Below, one piece after another: positions 12,860 through 27,428 of a stretch of 64,000 nucleotides of DNA. The stretch spans positions 30,008,001 through 30,072,000 of the forward strand of contig NC_043007.1 in assembly GCF_006345805.1 (NCBI RefSeq). The letters run 5' to 3'. The notes beneath the pieces are model-generated. The model worked only from the letters and a program-made list of their open reading frames with translations. It did not search any database and was not told the origin of the DNA. The translations under genes and the position numbers were made by a program. This DNA comes from Octopus sinensis (lineage: Eukaryota). The stretch's first letter is position 1; each line of letters starts with the position of its first letter.

Positions 12860-15191
12860 ATATATATAATATATATATATATATGTGTGTATGTGTAAAA
12901 TAATGGAGAGAGGAGGAGAGAAAGAGGTGAGAGAGAGGAAGAGAGAGAGAAGTGAAAGACATTTTTTCGCCAACAGACTTCTTGTTTACTTCTTTAAAGT
13001 GCCGAGTGCAAACTCATCTCCTAAGCAACACTTGTTAAAATAAACAAAAAAAAAGAAGCATTTTTTTAAACCAAATTTTTATTTGAAAAAGGAAATATGG
13101 GTAAAGGCACTAACTATTCCTCAGTTACTGATAAGGGATACTTTATGAGGATATATGAGCGGTTGTAATGTTTGGTGTGTGTAGGGATATTGTCCATACG
13201 GGGATAACTGACCTTAACATTGTTTGAGTTAGAGTTTATAGTATAAATGCATAGACAGGAAAAGTGGCTATATTTGTTCGACAGATTAAACCTGATAACT
13301 TTTCTTTTCCTAGTTGTACTCTTATGTGTAGCAGACTGAGTCTTATCCATATAAACTGATTTCTTTCTGAAGTTCTTTGCTGTTACTTCATTATTGGTGG
13401 TTGGCATAGCCTGTCCTTTCTATTCCAGTGATAATATTCATAATAATAGATTGCGGGTGGCTGGAATATCTATGAGTATAAATGATGCTCTCCTTTGCCT
13501 TTATGTAGCGTTTTGTCTTGCTTGCTATAGCTAAGTTAGTAATAAGTCAAACTTCTTAAATATTCCTATAAAATAATTTCCAATTTATCCATGTTGTGAC
13601 CATTCATACTGCATGAAACTGTTACGGCGTCATCCTTATACAATCCTGCGCTGTAAGAGGAGAGGATGCATCCTTCTTCTTCAATACGGTGTTTTAAACA
13701 AAATTACAAATCTGCAGTAAATCCGATAACATGACTCTTCTGTATGGATGGAAACTGGTTTCACAAATGTCCGGTGGACACAATACCTCCCACCATTCTT
13801 CACCGTATATTCAGACTGACCACATACATGTACCTGTGTGTGTGCGTGTGAAATCCCAAGTAGCAATAAAGTGAAATTCTATTCACCAATAAATTATAAA
13901 TTGTGTCCTCTGTACTTTTCTCTGCGTTGATCTTTTGTACGAATGTGTGGATTTATATTCGTGTATATATGTGTGCCTGTGACTGCCACTTTGTATTTGT
14001 GTGACGCGTGTGTGAGTACAGTCCTGTATGAGTGTGTGTGTGTGTGTGTGTGCGTGCGTGTGTGTGTGTGTGTGTGTCTCTTGCTTACTCTGGTTTTTTG
14101 CTTCCATTTGTAAATGTTGATTCACCATAGAAGAGTTGTTTAAAAATGGCGACAGCAAAGTCAGGACAACCGGGAGAGAGGAATATCGTGTGACAAAGAA
14201 ACAAACAAAATGAATAATAAATAAACAACAATGAGAAGAAATAATTGAAAGAGGGAAGGAATATATAAATAGGGTTTCGAGAAAGGATTAGGGACAGAAA
14301 AAAAGAAGAGAAGAAGAAGAAGAGAAGAAAGAACAAAAAGTAGCAAAACTGGGGAAATAAGAAGAAAAGCCATGAAAAAATAGTGTAAAGTGGATTTCCA
14401 TTTGAATTAAGAGGATTAAGTCGAAAGGATGAAGGTTAAGATTAAACTGATAAAGATATGTTTCTTTTATATGTGTTTTGTTGTATGTTTTCTAATAAAA
14501 GCATCTCATATTCATCGTGTAAACTAACGGCCCCCACCCATCTGTCTCTTCTTGTTTATTCTGTCTTAACCCCTGCAAAATCTTCCCCTGTCCCAAAGGG
14601 ATAAACTAAACAGTCCCTCAAACGTACTACTTAAGTCCACAACCATTTACGAGATGGTTGCCTGCTAGAAATAGTAACTGAATCTCCCTCAAACTTCACT
14701 CTACATATCTTGAGAACAAACAGACGCTATATTGCAATGTACCCCAGGGTAGACGCCGTCTGAATATAAAGGAAAAATAAAAACAAAGGTTGATGATGGT
14801 GGCTGTAACATTATTCGATCAGAGCTGAGCTCGATTAAGGCTGATCTGGGACTAAACAATAAGATCAACAACGACTGCACATCGTTAAATCCTCCTTAAT
14901 CCTTAATCCACCAACACCAGTTATGTGTCAACAACAATCAATTGTGTGTCCAGATTTTTATGTATGGACAATGAACTTCACAACATCAAACTTTATATGC
15001 ATGTTTGTGTATATACCGTGTGTACTCTATGTATGTATATATGTATGCATGTATGTTTGTATGTTTGTATATATGTATATACGTATGTATGTATGTATGT
15101 ATGTATGTATGTATGTATGTATGTATGTATGTATGTATGTATGTGTGTATGTATATGTGTGTGTATGTATGTGTGTATGTGTGTATGTGTA

Positions 15192-15228
<37 letters not shown>

Positions 15229-15302
15229 GCGCGCGAGTGTATGTGTGTGAATATATAAATATTTATTTCTGTACACGCAGTAATATACCTTGTCTGCACA
15301 CA

Positions 15303-15347
<45 letters not shown>

Positions 15348-15729
15348 GGCTGTATATTTTGTGAGTGGATATATGTATTCAGTTCTTTAACCCACCACCA
15401 CCATCAAGCAGCACTGATCCCGAAGACCTATAACCAAAGACGTCCCAACTGTGGCCATCCTGTCTTTTTGCGCATATGCCCTTTATTCCCACGCATTCCA
15501 GAGACTGCTATATTTCCCAACGGCAACTCACCCTCCGGCTGTATCTTGAGCAGTGTTGCTGCTGCGGTCCTACGCCTAGCGCCATCTATCGTCACCAAAG
15601 CTGCCTCAGTGAGTGGCACCAAGTCACTCACCAACACATTCCAAACTCTGGATGATAACCGTGGTGTCTGTCTGTCTGTCTCTCTCTTTCCCTGTCATCC
15701 CCCTTCTTCACTTTCTTGATCTCGTGTCA

Positions 15730-16240
15730 CTTTCACTCGGGTATTCTTGATTTACTTGTCTCTCTTCCTCTCCCGCCATGGCCCACACTAATCCCTACGC
15801 CCAATCCTTTCCTTTGAAGGACATCCATTCTTTGGAATTCCCTCTCTGTTTCTGTAGGTTTGTTTTTTCTTTCATTCTCTTGCAAACGATTCAAGAGGAA
15901 CATTAACGAAGTCAAACTCACAGGTCTTGGAGCAAGACCCATCAAGATCAGGAGGGAGTTCAGCCGTGACATTGGACTAGGGAGGCCAAAGAGGAGTCCT
16001 TACAACATACTGGACTTCTGCCTTCAAAAAAACAAAAAGCAAAATAAAAATAAGGAAAATAAAAAGAACCCCAAAGCATCCCAACGAAATGTCGTAACCC
16101 TTGAATTTTAAGAGGACCTCCATCCCGAGATCCAGAGACATGGTTCTGTCTTGCTCCTAAGTTTTTCTCGGAAATCCCTTTCTCATAGGGTCTAGAATGA
16201 CCCATATGCGCAGCTCTTTCATCTGAGCAATACTGATGAA
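15730..16240 (-). mobile_element. Very degenerate LINE-like (RTE-type) fragment
   Basis: Peptide GISVGHGGRGRETSKSR resembles the RTE GxVEGxRGRGRP motif. Heavily frameshifted. Confidence 0.25.
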
Positions 16241-16716
16241 CATTCAGCCCCCACCACCACCACCACCACCACCACCACCACACAACCTACGAAACGAGCA
16301 GGTAGAGTGCACTTTGGAGGAGAAGTGGTTGTTATTTCTCGCAGGTCGATTGCTTCAGTAGAAATTCGTTTGATGGCTTTAAAAACGAAAATATCTCAAG
16401 TGGATGTGAGTGATCTCGAGACTGTCGGTGCCATGTTGGTGGTAACCAGTGCTAGAAGAGGGGGTGGCTGAGTCACGTCGGTTGTGTGTTTATTACAAGA
16501 ACTTTACTAATTTGTTTGCTAATTATCTTCTTACATATATCTACTTAGCAATTAACTTAATTTTGATACTCCAGCTTTCACACCTATGTCGCTCTGTCCA
16601 AACATATCTATACACAGATGTATACACACATTATACATACATTATACATACATATATTCATGCGTATACGTATGTACTTTTGTCCGTAATTAGAAATATA
16701 ATTGTGTATGTATATA

Positions 16717-16757
<41 letters not shown>

Positions 16758-16848
16758 AATAACAATTTAATAAATAAAACATATGCATACATACATATAT
16801 GTACTATGTATGTCTGTCTGTCTGTCTGTCTGTCTGTATGTATGTATG

Positions 16849-16879
<31 letters not shown>

Positions 16880-17314
16880 TATACATATATACAGAGTTAT
16901 TTATGCATAATTATGTTTACATCTGCACAGTATTTTGATTAAATTATTTTTTATTTCATTTTGTTTTTCTAGGCTTGACCACTTGATGAGTGACCACTGA
17001 ACACTGGACTTATTAACTCGAGCCACCTGCTGCTTCTGTCCACACCTTGCATATTTTGGAAACGGTTGACCACATCACAATTACGTCACAGATCACTATT
17101 TGACCACACCCTCCTCCTCCTCTTCCTCATCTCCCTCCTACCCCTCTCTCGCTCTCTTTGACGTTTAAAGACGAGCCGGTGCATTGATGCACTTGCGATC
17201 CTCTACCGGAACCAGAATCAGAGCCAGCCCCAGCTGCGGCACACCAGCACCAACAGCACCGATCGTATCACCAACACCAACGGATCCATAACAAGTAAAA
17301 TCATTTGACAACTT

Positions 17315-17322
17315 CGTCGTCG

Positions 17323-17398
<76 letters not shown>

Positions 17399-17430
17399 CA
17401 TCATCATCATCATCCTCCTCATCATCAGTA
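17315..17430. repeat. (CAT)n microsatellite
   Basis: Seen directly. Confidence 0.95.
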
Positions 17431-17989
17431 GCAGCAGCAGCAACAGTAGCAACAGCAACATCTACTGCTATTAGAGTAGCATCAATATACAGCAAAAAGA
17501 CAACATCTACAAAAACAACATAAACACAAACAACAAAAAGAGGCAAGAGTGTAAGGTTTTCAGAAAAAACATCCCCCACCCCATCCCCAGCGCTAAAAAC
17601 CAGTACAACAACAACAACAACACCAAACACAACGACAACACCAGCAACGAGGAGGAGGAGGAGGAGGACAAGAGCAAGATCTAAGCTAAATGGCCATCCA
17701 ATTAAATTGCTAATAGCTTTGAGATTGTTTTTGTGAGCGAAGTACCCTGAAAAGTCAATTGGCTGACCCCCGGTGCCTACAAAGTCGGTGACCAGTCGTT
17801 TATTACCAAAGAAACAAACAGCTTCATCTGTGCTGGTGATAGGTCTGAGAAACGTCCAGCCTGCGTGAGTATTTGATGGCTATTTAGGGATGACCCTGAG
17901 CTGCTGAGGGTGGGGGTTGTTGTTGTTGGGGGGTGGCGGTGGGACTTGATACATTTAAGAGGAGACATTCACTTTTAAAGGTGAGGGAC

Positions 17990-18068
<79 letters not shown>

Positions 18069-18316
18069 GGGGGAAAGAGAGAGAGGGTTGAAGGAGAAAG
18101 TAAGACTGTGAGAAACGAAGATAAAGAGAAAAGATAGAAGGAAGATCAAAAGGAGGAAGAGAAAGGGAGGGAAAGGGTGTTGTATGAGGAAGAAATCATG
18201 AGAGATAGACAGACAGACAGACAGATAAATAGACAGGTAGATAGATAGATAGAGAAATACATAGACATAGATTGATAGATAAATAAATAGACAGATATAT
18301 ATATATATATTTATAA

Positions 18317-18640
18317 GGAGCACCCCATCGGTTACGACGACGAGGATCTCAGCTGATACCTTCAACGGAACAGCTTGCTCGTGAAATTAACGTGCAAGTG
18401 GCTGAGTACTCCACAGACACGTGTATCCTTAATGTAGTTCTCGGGGAGATTCAGCGTGAGATAGAGTATGATAAGGCTGGCCCCTTTGAAATACAGGTAC
18501 TACTCATTTTTGCCAGCCGAGTGAACTGGAGCAATGTGAAATAAAGTGTCTTGCTCAAGGACACAACGCATCGCCGGGAATTGAACTCCCCACCTTACGA
18601 TCGTGAGCTGAATGCCCTAACCACTAAACCATGCGCCTTC
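18317..18640 (-). mobile_element. tRNA-derived SINE
   Basis: Minus strand GAAGGCGCATGGTTTAGTGGTTAG (A-box) and GAGTTCAATTCCC (B-box), then TGTGTCCTTGAGCAAGACACTT central domain. Confidence 0.75.
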
Positions 18641-18663
18641 ACACACACACGCACACACACACA

Positions 18664-18694
<31 letters not shown>

Positions 18695-19584
18695 CATTAT
18701 ATAGATAGATAGATCGATAGAGAGCGAGAGATTATTGATTGGTTGATTGATTGGCAAATAAATAAATAAATAGACCGGCTGACAGGCAGACAGCTAGATA
18801 AATAGATGCTTACATACAGATAGGGAAATAGACAGACAGACAGACAGACGGATTGAAAGCTAGCAAGAGGGAGAGGGGGGAGCGAGAAGAATGTGAGAAA
18901 TATTTAAGTTAAAGAAATAGAAAGAAAGAAGGAAAGAAGGAAAGTACGAAGCAAAAAGGGAATTATAATAATTACGTGAGAAAAAATGTAAAAATCTGAG
19001 AAACAAACAAATACAAACAAACCAACAACAGAACAAAATACACAAAAAAAGAACAACGAACAAATTAAGAAAAAATATGAAGTTTAAACCTTAAAAAATG
19101 TACAACGAGGTTGAGACCGGAAGTGACCATTCAGGAAGTGGCTAAATAGATATTGCACTTCAATATAAGGGGCTTAAAGTAGACTTATTATCACTCTCAT
19201 AACTGTTATTATTTATATTTTTTGTTTTTATCAGTAGCAGTCGTATTACTACTGCTGTTGTTGTTGTTCTTCTTCTAATTATTATTATTATTATTATTAT
19301 CATTATTATTATTGGCTGTTTGTGTCTTTTTTTTTATCCCTCTTGTTTAATTGATGACATTTATTCTCGATGACGTGTGTCTTGCGTTATTAGTGACCAC
19401 GGCTGCTGTACACCACCAGTCACTAAATTTTGATTGCTTGACCAGTTGACCAGTCCTCGTCTTTATCACAAGTTGGTCTCAGAAACTGCTGACCACCTCA
19501 GTCGAACAGTTTCACTCGGACAGAGCAACAGCGTTATAAAGCGTTTAAGGAAATTGTCCGAAACGTTCGGGACCAATTCCTAGG

Positions 19585-19626
<42 letters not shown>

Positions 19627-20775
19627 GGAATACATAGAATTGTTAATTTCCAATATTTCCTGGAGCTATTTTATTTTTATTAATTCTCTCAGGTATACAC
19701 GTGCATCTAGATATAGTTACGCATAGACACATAAGTAAATATATATATATACTCGCACGCACACACATATATATACTTATACATGTACACGTAAATATAT
19801 ATATATATTTAATTGCTTTTTTCTTTTATTTTAGAGAGAATATAATTTCTTTCATTCTTTAACCTTCCTGGAATTCTGGAATTTAACTGTTGGTTTGGTT
19901 AAAGTTCGATTGAAGAATATTTAGAAGAATTTCCTTGGAATAATATCTACAGCGACAACAACAACAACAACAACAGCAACAACAATAATAACCGTTGAAT
20001 ATATTTTATGAAGAAATTAATAATAACAAAAATAATAACAGGAATATTTGTTGGAGTATTTTGTTGAAATTTGTTTATGAATTATTTCAAAAGAAAGAAA
20101 GAAAGAAAAACGATAAATTAAACAATAACTTGACTCAAATAATTGCAAATATATCAATCGATATAGGATCGATACATCTATGATTCAAGTAAATTACGTG
20201 GAATTTTATTCTTGAACTTGACTAAAAAAAAAGATCGAAGGAATTCGTCGGCAAAATCATCCCCAAACAACTAGAAACGAGGAGAAGAAGAAAAGAGAAC
20301 AGAGAACACAACACACAACACACACACACGTACTCAGACATTAACTTAAGACACGTTAGTCATTTCTTTTTGTGCATGCATCCCAATACACACACACACA
20401 CACACTCGCAGACATTCATGACTTAAAGATATTTGCATGACGAATAAGAAAATAGATTTATCATACCTACATATGCAATACGTTCTCGATCTCTCCTGCG
20501 TTGTTACTGAATAAATATTTTAATTAAAACAAAGAAGATTTAAAGACTCTAAGAAGGATTGTGAGAACATCATATTTCTCTCCATATTTGAGATATTACT
20601 TTGAAGAAACTTTCTACAACAACAACAACAACAACAACTACTACTACTACTGCTACAAACGCCGAGTGTTTAAGTTACTCGAGTGACTTTCCTGCAAGGA
20701 TTTGAAATTTAAATTAATTTTTAAAAAAATATCTTCGACTTGTGAATTGAACAAAAGCTGCAACCATTTGCCACA

Positions 20776-21993
20776 ATGGATATCCACACAATGGACACCA
20801 AATGCAATATGACCGTCACATATTCGGACTGGACTCTCGAACAATATATTCTATCGGTGATTATCTCCCTTTACGCTCTGGTTGGCACTGTGGGTAACGT
20901 CCTAATTCTAATTGTTTACTTGAAGAAACAAGATCGCAAATCGAGTAGCACGTTTATCCGAGTGTTAGCGCTGCTCGACCTATGTGTGTGCATGTTTGTC
21001 ATGCCCTACACGATCGTGTACGAGCTTCGCGGTGTTACTTCCGACGCTATTTGTCACAGTTTCGAAGTTGTCCGCCATTTCTGCATCATGGCGTCGAACG
21101 CTTCGCTCGTGGCCATTGCTCTGGAACGCTGCGTCGCTGTGCGCCGACCAACCAGACGCTTAAGCCTGTCACAGGTCAACAAAGGTATGATAGTCATCGT
21201 TGTTATTAGCGTCGTTTTGGCCATTCCATCAGTATTTATTTTCGCCGTTGTTCCTGGTCCTTATAAAATCAACAGCGGTAATTGTACCGAAGATATTATC
21301 AATACTCGAAACCCGCCCTTCTGTCACTTCACTATGTCCTACCTCGGAGAAATCGGAACCCGCTCTTATCAAGCTTTATTGAGTATGTCGTACGGGCTTG
21401 CCTGCTTCAGTATCGTTGTACTTTATACCCTCATCTACACGAAATTATGGAAGAAAGCTCAGCTCAGGAAGAAATTGTCCAACCCTCTCGGAATACCGAC
21501 CAGTTCCAGCAGTAGCAACAGCAGCTCTGATCGCTCTACACCAAGCGTTGGTACGGAAAAGAAAAAATACTTCGACGAAATGTCAGACTCGACAGGCTGC
21601 ACTCTGAATAACGCCCGCAAACTCACACCGTCCGTTGATTCCGATGTTGATTCAGGAGTTCAATCCCCGACACCGCCGCTGTCCTCGAACGGCGACAGGA
21701 AAAGCACGAAAGGCAGCGAGTCGTGCAAAACACATGGAAAATTCTCCGACAAAAGACGTTCGATGCATCATAACAGGACAGCTAAGATGTTGTTCCTTTG
21801 TACTATCATCTACATCGTGGCTTGGGTGCCATTCTGGTTGGATATATTCAGCATCACAAACAGCCTTATATTGAGATACCTGTTTTTAGTGGGTAACGCC
21901 AGCAATCCAATCGTTTATGGAATCGTCAATGACAGAGTCCGTGAGGAAGTCTGCAAGCTCTTCCGACGAAGAAAACGAAGTGGTTACCCGTAG
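20776..21993 (+). CDS. Intronless rhodopsin-family (class A) GPCR, 405 aa, ligand unknown
   Basis: Seven hydrophobic segments. TM1 GNVL, TM2 LALLD, TM3 Cys (AICH) and ERC in place of DRY, TM4 AIP, ECL2 Cys, TM5 Y, TM6 AWVPFW, TM7 NPIVY. N-glycosylation sequons NMT and NCT. Long Ser-rich ICL3. ACAATGG start context and uninterrupted frame. Confidence 0.93.
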   Translation: MDIHTMDTKCNMTVTYSDWTLEQYILSVIISLYALVGTVGNVLILIVYLKKQDRKSSSTFIRVLALLDLCVCMFVMPYTIVYELRGVTSDAICHSFEVVRHFCIMASNASLVAIALERCVAVRRPTRRLSLSQVNKGMIVIVVISVVLAIPSVFIFAVVPGPYKINSGNCTEDIINTRNPPFCHFTMSYLGEIGTRSYQALLSMSYGLACFSIVVLYTLIYTKLWKKAQLRKKLSNPLGIPTSSSSSNSSSDRSTPSVGTEKKKYFDEMSDSTGCTLNNARKLTPSVDSDVDSGVQSPTPPLSSNGDRKSTKGSESCKTHGKFSDKRRSMHHNRTAKMLFLCTIIYIVAWVPFWLDIFSITNSLILRYLFLVGNASNPIVYGIVNDRVREEVCKLFRRRKRSGYP

Positions 21994-22994
21994 ATTGCTT
22001 CTATAGATTGATCATTAGTATTAATATTATGATTGTAATTATTATTGTTTTTACCATTTTTCACTTTTAAGTTTAATTTCCTCCAGAAAAAAAGTTTCAA
22101 AATATTATCCGGAACTGAGAAACGAAATGGAAAAGAAAGTCTATGAGAATAAATATTAAAAAAAAATAATAAACGAACACAAGACAAGAAAACCAAATAA
22201 AAGTCAGCAAGAATGTCATCAACACCGACAACGGAATCAACAAAACCAATTTTAATTTGGCAATGAAGGAATATAAAAGAATAAAGAAATAAGTCTAAGA
22301 CTGTCAGATTGCATGGGATCCTTCGTTTGTGTGAGAACGCCTAAGGGCTCGGCACTTTAAAAACAGCCGCATCCACAGAACTTGACAAATTCCGGGTTTA
22401 AACAGCGAACTGAATTTCTCGTCAAGATGATGAAGTTCAGAGAAAGGACCTCCATAAGATGTAATAATTGTGAGGAAAGAAGAAACGGGGGAAGAAGCGA
22501 ACAAAAGAAAGAGAATGTATGTATATGCGTCGAAGGAGGTGAATAAAATAAGAGACGGGGAAAGAAGTTGATTGATGAATAAGAGGAAGGGATGCTGAGG
22601 TGTGAGTGGTGTGTTCGCGGTGGGACAGAGACGGTGCTGGAAGCGAATTCGAAATGACACAAACGTAATTGCATACACGGCACAGAATTATCTCATCTAC
22701 ATACAGCAGGCTAGATCATCGTGATGATGATGACGATGATGGATATGATAATGATGACGATAACGGTAATGAACATGGTGATACTAATAATAATAATGAT
22801 AATTCTTATGTTTCTTCAATCGCCCAATCTCTATCTTTCACCTCAAGAACAGCACTCAAGAGGAAAATAAACAAATCAAACAAAAAAAAAACAAAAAACA
22901 AACAAACAATAGAAATGTAAAAAAAAGAAAAGAAAGAAAAATGTAATTAAAAAATGTAGTATCCCATAATACGCTAGAACCGGAAATAATTCTC

Positions 22995-23480
22995 AAACTC
23001 ATTTGTGCAATATCTCTACTCGGGACATTTTCAAGTCCCACTCAGTGCTTCACTCACAGCATATCATTTGAAATATACGACATTTTGTCATACCGATCGA
23101 TGAGTGAGTGTTACACTTCACTCAACAGATTTCAGTATGATCCACTCAGCCAAATAATGCAACAGCCTGTTAATTACACAATGGTTTCCGTGTTTCATTT
23201 GTTGAGTGTGACCTCACACTCGATAGATGAACACCGGCGGATTACCTCTCACTCAAACGTTTTCATCACTTCACTTTACGAAAAATGACTTGACTTAAAA
23301 AAAAAATCATTAAACTCAGACAATGAGTGTGACATCTGACCTTCCGAAGCGTCAAACGTGATGAGCTGAGTAGCTCAAAGGCTGAGCAAATACTCAGTCA
23401 CGTCTTGCTCCTAGGATTTGAACAAATCACGGAGAACTCAACTCAAACTTTGATTCTGATGCAATAAATACCTCACTCAA
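22995..23480. other. Cluster of dispersed ACTCA/TGAGT motifs
   Basis: About 16 occurrences by eye in ~480 bp, both orientations, not tandem. Confidence 0.6.
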
Positions 23481-23729
23481 AGTGTACGGCATTTCACGCA
23501 AGTAAAAGGAGTACACGGATTGGAAATGGACTGATATGTTTTGTTTTTTTTATTAACTTTTTTTTTTTACCATTTATGGTTTCCGATAAAAAAAAAGGAA
23601 CGCAAGAGAATCGATTTCTTTTAAAGAAATCGAAAACAGACACAAACAACAATTAAAGACCAACGTTATCGAGATTGATGACGACATCAACTAAATATTT
23701 GGGACTCAATACTTCTTTTGACGGTTGTG

Positions 23730-23797
23730 TGAGTATATATATACATACATATATATACATATACATATACATACACACACACACACACCAACACATC

Positions 23798-23845
<48 letters not shown>

Positions 23846-23888
23846 ATATATATGCATACATATATTACATATACATATGTATACATAC

Positions 23889-23926
<38 letters not shown>

Positions 23927-24960
23927 TATATATACATACATATATATATATGTGCATATATATGTGTATGTATATATATTGTATGTATATGTATGTATGT
24001 ATATATATATATGTATGTATATATATATACATATATACATACATATATATATAAATGGGTTGTATATACTTAGGAAATGAAATGTATATAGACGTTAATG
24101 TGTTTCTTATTAGAGACAGCAGACTTTGATGCATTTACGCATGAACACAAACAGAAAAATCACACACATATACACATGCACACATATACACACGCACACA
24201 CACACACACACACACACACGTACATCCGCAGTTGTACCATGTCTACACATAACTAAACGCACACAGACACACATATACACCATAATACAAACGTGTGTGC
24301 TCCTTCAAGCATGCAGTCGTACTGAGCCACCACTCATTACTATATCTGCATGTATACATTGTATGCATTATATAAATTGTATATAATCATAAAATTATAC
24401 ACACAACAATTGTACCTGCCACTCACACACATATAACGCATTCACACCTCTTTCTATACCCGTGCATATGTATGTATATAGATATATATTGACTCTGATT
24501 AATACATGTATATATTTAATTTAAACATTGCCTCATCCACAGAAAAATGGAACAATTTATTTTGTGTCTGTATCAAATATGTATATAGCTATATAAGTGT
24601 ATATGTATATATATATATAGCACGTATGTATGCATGTATTTATGTATGTATATATATATATTATACATGTATATTATATATATATGTATGTGCTTATATT
24701 TATAATATATATATATATATATACACAATATATATATATATATGTATATATAATATATATAATAATAAATATATGTATATTGTATATATATATATACATA
24801 TATATATATATTTATTTATATATATATTGTATATATATATTATATATAATATATATTATATATATATATATATATTATATAATATTATGTATATATATAT
24901 ATGTATATGTATACTGGATATAGTATATATATTAATTAAAGTATTTATATATAATGAAAT
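23730..24960. repeat. Compound (TA)n/(CA)n/(TATG)n microsatellite fields
   Basis: Seen directly. Confidence 0.9.
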
Positions 24961-25310
24961 GAAATTTTTGTTCTTTATATTTTGTCGTTGTTATTTATTT
25001 ATTGTTGTTTTTGTTGTTGCTGTTATTGTTTGTGGTTTAGTGATATTACATATCTATGTTTTGTATTGGCTTAAGGCTATTCCTGGTTTGAGGAGTACAT
25101 CAATAAATCAGTGCTTCTGAGTTGTTGGTGCCTAGCAAGGGATTTGAACTAAGGACCATGCGTTTTGAAACTAAGGCAACGACATCGTTGGTCATGCATT
25201 CAGTTCAACATAAAGCTATCAAATTCTCTTTAAGACTTTTGCTTCTCCTGTGTCTCTCATGCGATGCACAGGACGTATTTCCTTGATGTCCACGTATCAC
25301 AATGATTAGT

Positions 25311-25620
25311 GGAGGCACATGGCCTAGTGGTTGGAGCTGCAGACCTCGCGGTCGAGGGATCGCGGGTTCGAATCTCAGACCGGGCGATGTGTGTGTTTAT
25401 GAGCGAAACACCTAAGCTCCACGAGGCTCCGGCAGAAGGTAATGGCGAACTTCTGCTGATTCTTTCGCCACAACTTTCTCTCACTCTTTCCTCCTGCATC
25501 TTGCAGCTCACCTGCGACGGACCGGCGTCCCGTCCAGGTGGGGAACCTATACGCCAAGGAAACCGGGAAACCGGCCCTTTGAGCCAGGCATGGCTCGAGA
25601 AGGAACAATCAACAACAAAC
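25311..25620 (+). mobile_element. Well-preserved tRNA-derived SINE
   Basis: GGAGGCACATGGCCTAGTGGTT (A-box) and GGGTTCGAATCTC (B-box), GC-rich body, ends in AACAATCAACAAC. Confidence 0.8.
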
Positions 25621-26261
25621 ATCACATATGATTAACATTCTCAAATTTTCCTCAACCACCGAAGTAACATGGAACTTATGAAAGGAAAGTTTTATCTTAC
25701 TCAGAATATGTGAACCAATGGCTGACTAAATGTTTGAAAACAAGCATAGACATTTAGGATGGACTTATGAAACCAATTCGGACAAGCAAGGGTTAAGTTG
25801 AGATTTATTTCAGGGAAAGTGACTTAGTTTGCACAGTAGAATGTGCAAAGTACATTCTTGCGTGCAAATTTAAATTTTGAAATGAAATTAAGAATTTTGT
25901 ATGTTATTAAACGGTTATTTTACAATTATTAAATACATTTTGGAGAAAAATATAAAAAATAACAAATAGAAATCTCAAATATAGAGAAAAATTCTTTTCC
26001 ATTCAAGTTATTTTCCCTTTGAAATTTTATTGCCACTAATTAATGAAGAAGAAAACAGGTTTTCATCTTTTTATCTGAGTAAAACGGATGAAATAACAAT
26101 TTTATGGCGGGAAAATGTTCAAAGTAAAAAATGTATAAAAATGCTTTAATAATAAGGTTTTCTTTCTTTTCTTTATACCTGTAGCAGTCCTTAAACTGCA
26201 GCCGTGGCAGGGCCTTGAAACGTTTAGCAGAACAATAAAAAACAATCAAATACTTTAAGTC

Positions 26262-26612
26262 TAGAACTTATTCAATCGATCCCATTTTGCCGAACCGCTA
26301 AATTACGGGGACGTAGACAAACCACCAGTTGTCAAGCAGTGATGGGGAGAAACAGAAACACAAACACATGTCCACACACACACATATGTCTGTATATACA
26401 TATATATATATATATATATATAATTATATATATATATATTACACACACAGACGATGGGCTTCCACACAGTTTGCGACTACCAAGCTCACTCATAAAGCAA
26501 TCGTCGGCCCAGGGCTAAGGTAGACGAAAACAGTTGACTAAGGTGCTGCACAGTGGAACCGAACCTAAAACCTCGTGGTTACAAGGAAAGCTTTCGAACC
26601 CCACAGTCATAC
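26262..26612 (-). mobile_element. SINE with internal microsatellite (abundant family in this window)
   Basis: Same body and tail (GACAACTGGT..CCCCGTAACTTAGCGGTTCGGCAAA) as copies at 37.5, 44.5, 55.5 and 61.1 kb. Confidence 0.7.
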
Positions 26613-27361
26613 CTTGGAGTATTCCTATGGCAATTCTTATTGGTAATCTGTCAATATCTTTATAATTTCATTCTAACGATCATAAATGGGTTGATACAGA
26701 CTCCGTAACTATTATATTCTGCCTTTTATTCAACCAGATCATTGTTACATCTTCGATTTTCGACTCCCCTCTTCACAAAGACATATGTCTCTATCGAATC
26801 TGAAGAACAGTGTTGCTAGTTTTCTCACGGAAAATTATATCAGTTTTATTCCTTTCTATCTGGTGATTGTCTGTAAACTTCCTCAGCATATTTGCTTTGC
26901 CATTATCTGAAACAGGTCGAAGAAATTCATATAAATATCAGAGAAATTTTCGTCAAAGGAACTGAAGCTGTGTAATAGACATCTGCAGAAAACATAGATG
27001 TGTTAAAGTCTAAAAGTATATTTGATGAGGTCTTGTGCTGGTCGTAACATCTCATTTTTGATACACAGTATTTTGGGGCTGCGATATCCAAAGAGTCTGT
27101 TTTGAAGGAGGTTTGGCGTGATTTGAGGGGATTTAGCTGCTAATTGTAGCTTCTCATATGAATATGTAAAGGTTCTCCACACCTCAACTGCAAGTTCATA
27201 CTGATTATCCAGTCTCCCACAACACAATCGTGTTTGTCGTCATTTCTGCTGGACAACTTCTCACAGTCTAAGAACACCTGTTTCATAGATTCCCACGACA
27301 CAACACAATCAGTTTATCTATCTGTGTACATATATGCGTTTGTGGCTTTGCTTTTGTGTGT

Positions 27362-27428
<67 letters not shown>

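Noticed and set aside
8400-14000. Non-repetitive islands (8400-9300, 10730-11600, 13100-13870) that could be exons or old TE fragments
   Set aside because: No recognisable protein motif or coherent splice pattern by eye; needs a homology search.
25311-25390. tRNA-like sequences (also 6695-6766, 18570-18640, 61494-61566)
   Set aside because: Acceptor and anticodon stems do not close and they run into SINE bodies, so they are SINE heads, not tRNA genes.
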